Assembly (NCBI RefSeq): GCF_009914755.1
Contig: NC_060930.1
Source of the DNA: the human T2T-CHM13v2.0 reference genome, Homo sapiens
Direction: 5' to 3' (one strand)
Length of the DNA stretch: 64,000 nucleotides
The notes beneath the pieces were generated by a model. That model saw nothing but the letters and a program-made list of their open reading frames with translations, ran no database searches and had not been told where the DNA came from. The position numbers and the translations under genes were made by a program. Positions 59,682 through 64,000 of the stretch are shown here, piece after piece (the stretch's first letter is position 1; each line of letters begins with the position of its first letter).

Positions 59682-60214
59682 AATAGCCCTGGAATAATAC
59701 TCATCGACAAACCTGAAAAGAGGGGAGAGTTGGAAAAGCATACCCAGGGACCTTACTGTCAAGACTGAAGACCAGTCGTCATGAACCTGCATTCGGAGTG
59801 CACTGAGCCGAGGAACAAAGAAGGCCACCTTGGGCGCCAGATATTGAGGGATCTAGCTAGCAGCCTGCAATGCAATGGGACTCTCTCTTTGTTCCCAGAC
59901 AGATCGGCAGGTTGAAAAATTAAATAGACACACACAAGATAGTGAAAGCTGAGTCCAGGGGGGTCACCACCTTCTGGTCCTGCAGTGCCACCAATGCACT
60001 GAATATACCAGCATTTCTTATTAAGTTTAGTGAGGGCGGGGGTAGGTTAGTGAGGAATTTAGGGTCATTTGATTATGAGGTGAGATGGTCACATGGGGAT
60101 GAAGTAATTCTTTAACATAATATCTGTATGCAGAAGTACAGTATACAGAGATAAGAATTTACAATATAGTGTGTGCATCAGTAATTTCTAACAGAGCTTT
60201 AAAACAGAAACACA

Positions 60215-60532
<318 letters not shown>

Positions 60533-60950
60533 TTAATCAGCAGTAACAGTTGAAGCAAAAGCTGGTTACAAACAATCCATAGAAACAGGATGTGAAGCTA
60601 GACAACTGGTTAGACCAGAAATCTTCAGAAGGGAGTATGCCTTAACCCTAAAGAGGCCTAGAAGAGCTGTGCAAGATGAGGGCATTACAGCCCTATCTTA
60701 TCCATACGGACAGGTGCCCCTCATGCATCCGTTTATAGGCTCTCCACAACGGTCGCATTCCTTTCCCAGAGCTATGAATATCTGCTTTTCTGGGATAGGA
60801 ATCTTGGTGACGTGAAACCTCCCTGAATGCATGTCCCTTCATAGGCTCTCTGCAGGGGAAGCACATCACGTGCTGTTGGCTCATTCTGGCAGTCCAACCT
60901 GGCATTGTCTTTACACAATCCTGCATGCAATTTTGTATTTACAATAATCA

Positions 60951-61175
<225 letters not shown>

Positions 61176-61346
61176 CTAGAGTATTGGACTTTAGAGATGG
61201 CATAAGTGAAAAACAAGTAAATGTTAGAAGAAAGAGTGTAAGGAGGATAATTTTCTGGGCAAACTGAATCATGAAACTAATCATATTTGTTTCTCTTTAT
61301 GTTAGAAAGTTTAGTGTCAAAAGTGGACTCTCACCTGCTGCAAGTA

Positions 61347-61961
61347 CAATTGATTCTCATTGTGGTAGTTATTTTCAATAAAATACCAGACACTGACTTA
61401 GTCAATACTGAAACATTGTTCCAAGTAGAAATACAGTTAGGTTCCTGTCAGCCTCTGGTTATGGTATTTTCATCAGCAGGTCAATAGTAACCTTGTTTTA
61501 TATGTGTTTTGTTGAAAGACACATTAATATATATTGTTGATTCAAGAGCATTGTAACTCATGTCCAAACGAAACTTACCTAACACGTGTATTTCCTCCAT
61601 TATTCACATCACAGCATTTTTGCACTTAGAAACACCAGTACAACCAATAAGTGCTATGCTTTTGGTCCATTTTTAAACAGCAAAATCAACACAAAGCACA
61701 AAAACTTGAAAAACTTAGCACTAAACAGACCATGAAAAGGGCACTTGTTTACAATATGAGAACAAACAAGAAGACAGAGCATTCCCTGTTCAACCTTAGC
61801 TGGAAACATGTGAGTTAGGAAACCCAGTTCTTTTTGCTGCTCTATGCATGACTGCAAATGACTGTAAAAGTGCCACGAGTATTGAATTGGGAATTACAAA
61901 TAAATTTTAGCAAGCAGGTAAATTTTCAAATATGAAATTCATGATTAAGGATGATCAATTG
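61347..61961 (-). mobile_element. MER44/Tigger7-like non-autonomous DNA transposon
   Basis: TA-flanked TIRs ta|caattgattctc ... gatgatcaattg|ta. Confidence 0.72.
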
Positions 61962-62099
61962 TATACATAGGATTATGTTCCATGCTCCATACTTTGCATA
62001 TTAACCTCACTTTTGACTCCATATTACTTTGTCCCTCTATTTCTCCTTTGCCAAATTTTAATTTAAACTTAATTATTTTTCTTGATATATTTTACGTAT

Positions 62100-62110
62100 T
62101 TTCTTTCTTC

Positions 62111-62164
<54 letters not shown>

Positions 62165-62503
62165 CTTTCTTTCCTTCCTTCCTTTATTTTATTTATTTAT
62201 TTATTTATTTTTTTGACGGAGTTTTGCACTTGTTGCCCAGGCTGGAGTGCAATGGCATGATCTTGGCTCACCACAACCTCGCAACCTCCGCCTCCCAGGT
62301 TCAAGCGATTCTCCTACCTCAGCCTCCCTAGTAGCTGGGATTACAGGCATGTGCCACCACACCTGGCTAATTTTGTATTTTTAGTAGAGACAGGGTTTCT
62401 CCATGTTGGTCAGGCTGGTCTCGAACTCCTGACCTCAGGTGATCCACCCGCCTCAGCCTTCCAAAGTGCTGGGATTACAGGCATGAGACACCACGCCCAG
62501 CCT
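62100..62503 (-). mobile_element. AluS with compound (TTTC)n/(TTTA)n microsatellite tail
   Basis: Reverse Alu 62213-62503; TTTC array 62100-62185; flanking gtatttt(c) duplication. Confidence 0.92.
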
Positions 62504-64000
62504 AAGTATTTTCATAAATGGCTTTAGATCCTTCAGGGAACAAACCAGGTAATAAAGGAGCAAATTATCAACAAATATTCTAATTCGTACTCTTTTCATT
62601 TGCTACTTCAGTATTCAGGCATAAAAAGATCTCTAGACATCAAACCTAATTAAGAGGTTCACATTCCACTGCCCTTTGAAATAATTTTGTTTCGTTTTCT
62701 ATCAGGATATATTGAATTCGAATAAATAAATGTATTTCAAATAAGTATCTATTACAAAGTTAAAATTGTATTTAGAGATGACACAAATGAGTGAAAAGTT
62801 AAGCAGATGAAAAAGTGAAGAGATGATGGCTGTACTTCTTTCTTTGCCATCCTGAAGTCTGGAAACTAGATCTTTTCAAAGTTTCTAATATTGGTCCAGA
62901 CTGGGATTCAAAAGCCTCTTAATGTTCGGGTGCTGCCCTGGCCCCTGCAATCTCTTCTGACTCCTGCAGAGAGCACAGACACCTCAAGTGTACCACTCAG
63001 TGAACTAGAGCCCACAGGGCTTGATCATATGCTTTCCAGAGGTTCAGGCTCACATAAACCTCATGATAGAATTTTACAGGAGATTTTAGGTAGATTACAA
63101 TTGAATATTCAGGGTATCTTGTAATCACAGGGGTATGCCACATAGAGAAATTGAGTAGAATTTTCTTTACCTGGAAAATACGTTGTAAAGGAATAATCCC
63201 AGCTCTCCACCACAACCCCAGAGGCACCATGTTCTCCTGTCTAGCTGAGTTCTCTTTGCCATCCTAGTGCCTGTCTGCCAGATGTAAGTTGATAAGCTCT
63301 GCTACATTGAATGTAGGAAATATTTTTTTTCTTTAATTCAGTCCATCCCTGATTGGAATGCCAGAAAAAGTTTTCTTGGGAACAAAGCAGGCGAGGTGAA
63401 GCCCCCAAATCTAAAAAAAATCTAATTGCATGAGAACAGATGACTTTGCATACATTACATTTAGGCCCTTCTTTTTTCTTTAATTTTATCAGGCTAAAAT
63501 GAGTGTCAGCCTTTGACCACTTCTGATTCTTCATCTTCAATCTAGGTATTTCTCTCCAGTTTTTCCTCATAACGACCTGACCCACTCAAGTCTTTCTCTA
63601 GTCTTTGCCCCACATTGTGAAAAAGATGTTTTCCAACTTAGCTCGAGGTTCTTACCCTGAGCTTCATATTTTCCATTCATCAACTATTTAGAATGTCCCT
63701 ACTGTGTGCCAGGTCCTTTGGCAGGTGCTGTGGATACAGTGGAGCACAAAGAAGGCATCGGTCCTACCTTCATACAGCTTATAGGTTACTCAGGATGGAT
63801 TTAGATCAAATAAAACACAAATAAATACAAAATTACAACTGTTATACATGCTCTGAAGACAGAGTTTAGAGTACAATCAATGTATATAATAGACTTAACC
63901 AAGGATAGATACTCACATCTGTTTGGGATTAGGTCATTAACACTTCCCATGTATTCTCCGGTTTACCCATCCCAGTGCCTCCCCATCTTCCCTTTTCCCT

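Overview
Primate (almost certainly human, 6p12.3 by recall) genomic DNA. It holds the 5' half of MMUT (methylmalonyl-CoA mutase; non-coding exon 1 plus coding exons 2-7, minus strand), head-to-head across a compact GC-rich bidirectional promoter with the complete CENPQ gene (9 exons, 268 aa, plus strand). Further right is a TATA-box promoter and non-coding first exon probably belonging to GLYATL3. Introns and intergenic DNA are dense in mobile elements: about 15 Alus, a 4.2-kb 5'-truncated L1PA, two full-length Tigger1 transposons, a MaLR (MST-type) element with TSD, a two-LTR ERV9/LTR12 mini-provirus and a HERV-K (probably HML-7/MER11D) provirus. I found no evidence of a wholly new biological system. 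The most notable structures are: (1) the ERV9 mini-provirus, whose 344-bp interior looks like an exact splice-donor/splice-acceptor join, i.e. a provirus made from spliced RNA; (2) a three-layer AluS > HERV-K > AluY nest with readable TSDs; (3) two uORFs overlapping the MMUT start codon. Repeat subfamily names come from recalled consensus sequences, not from a search.
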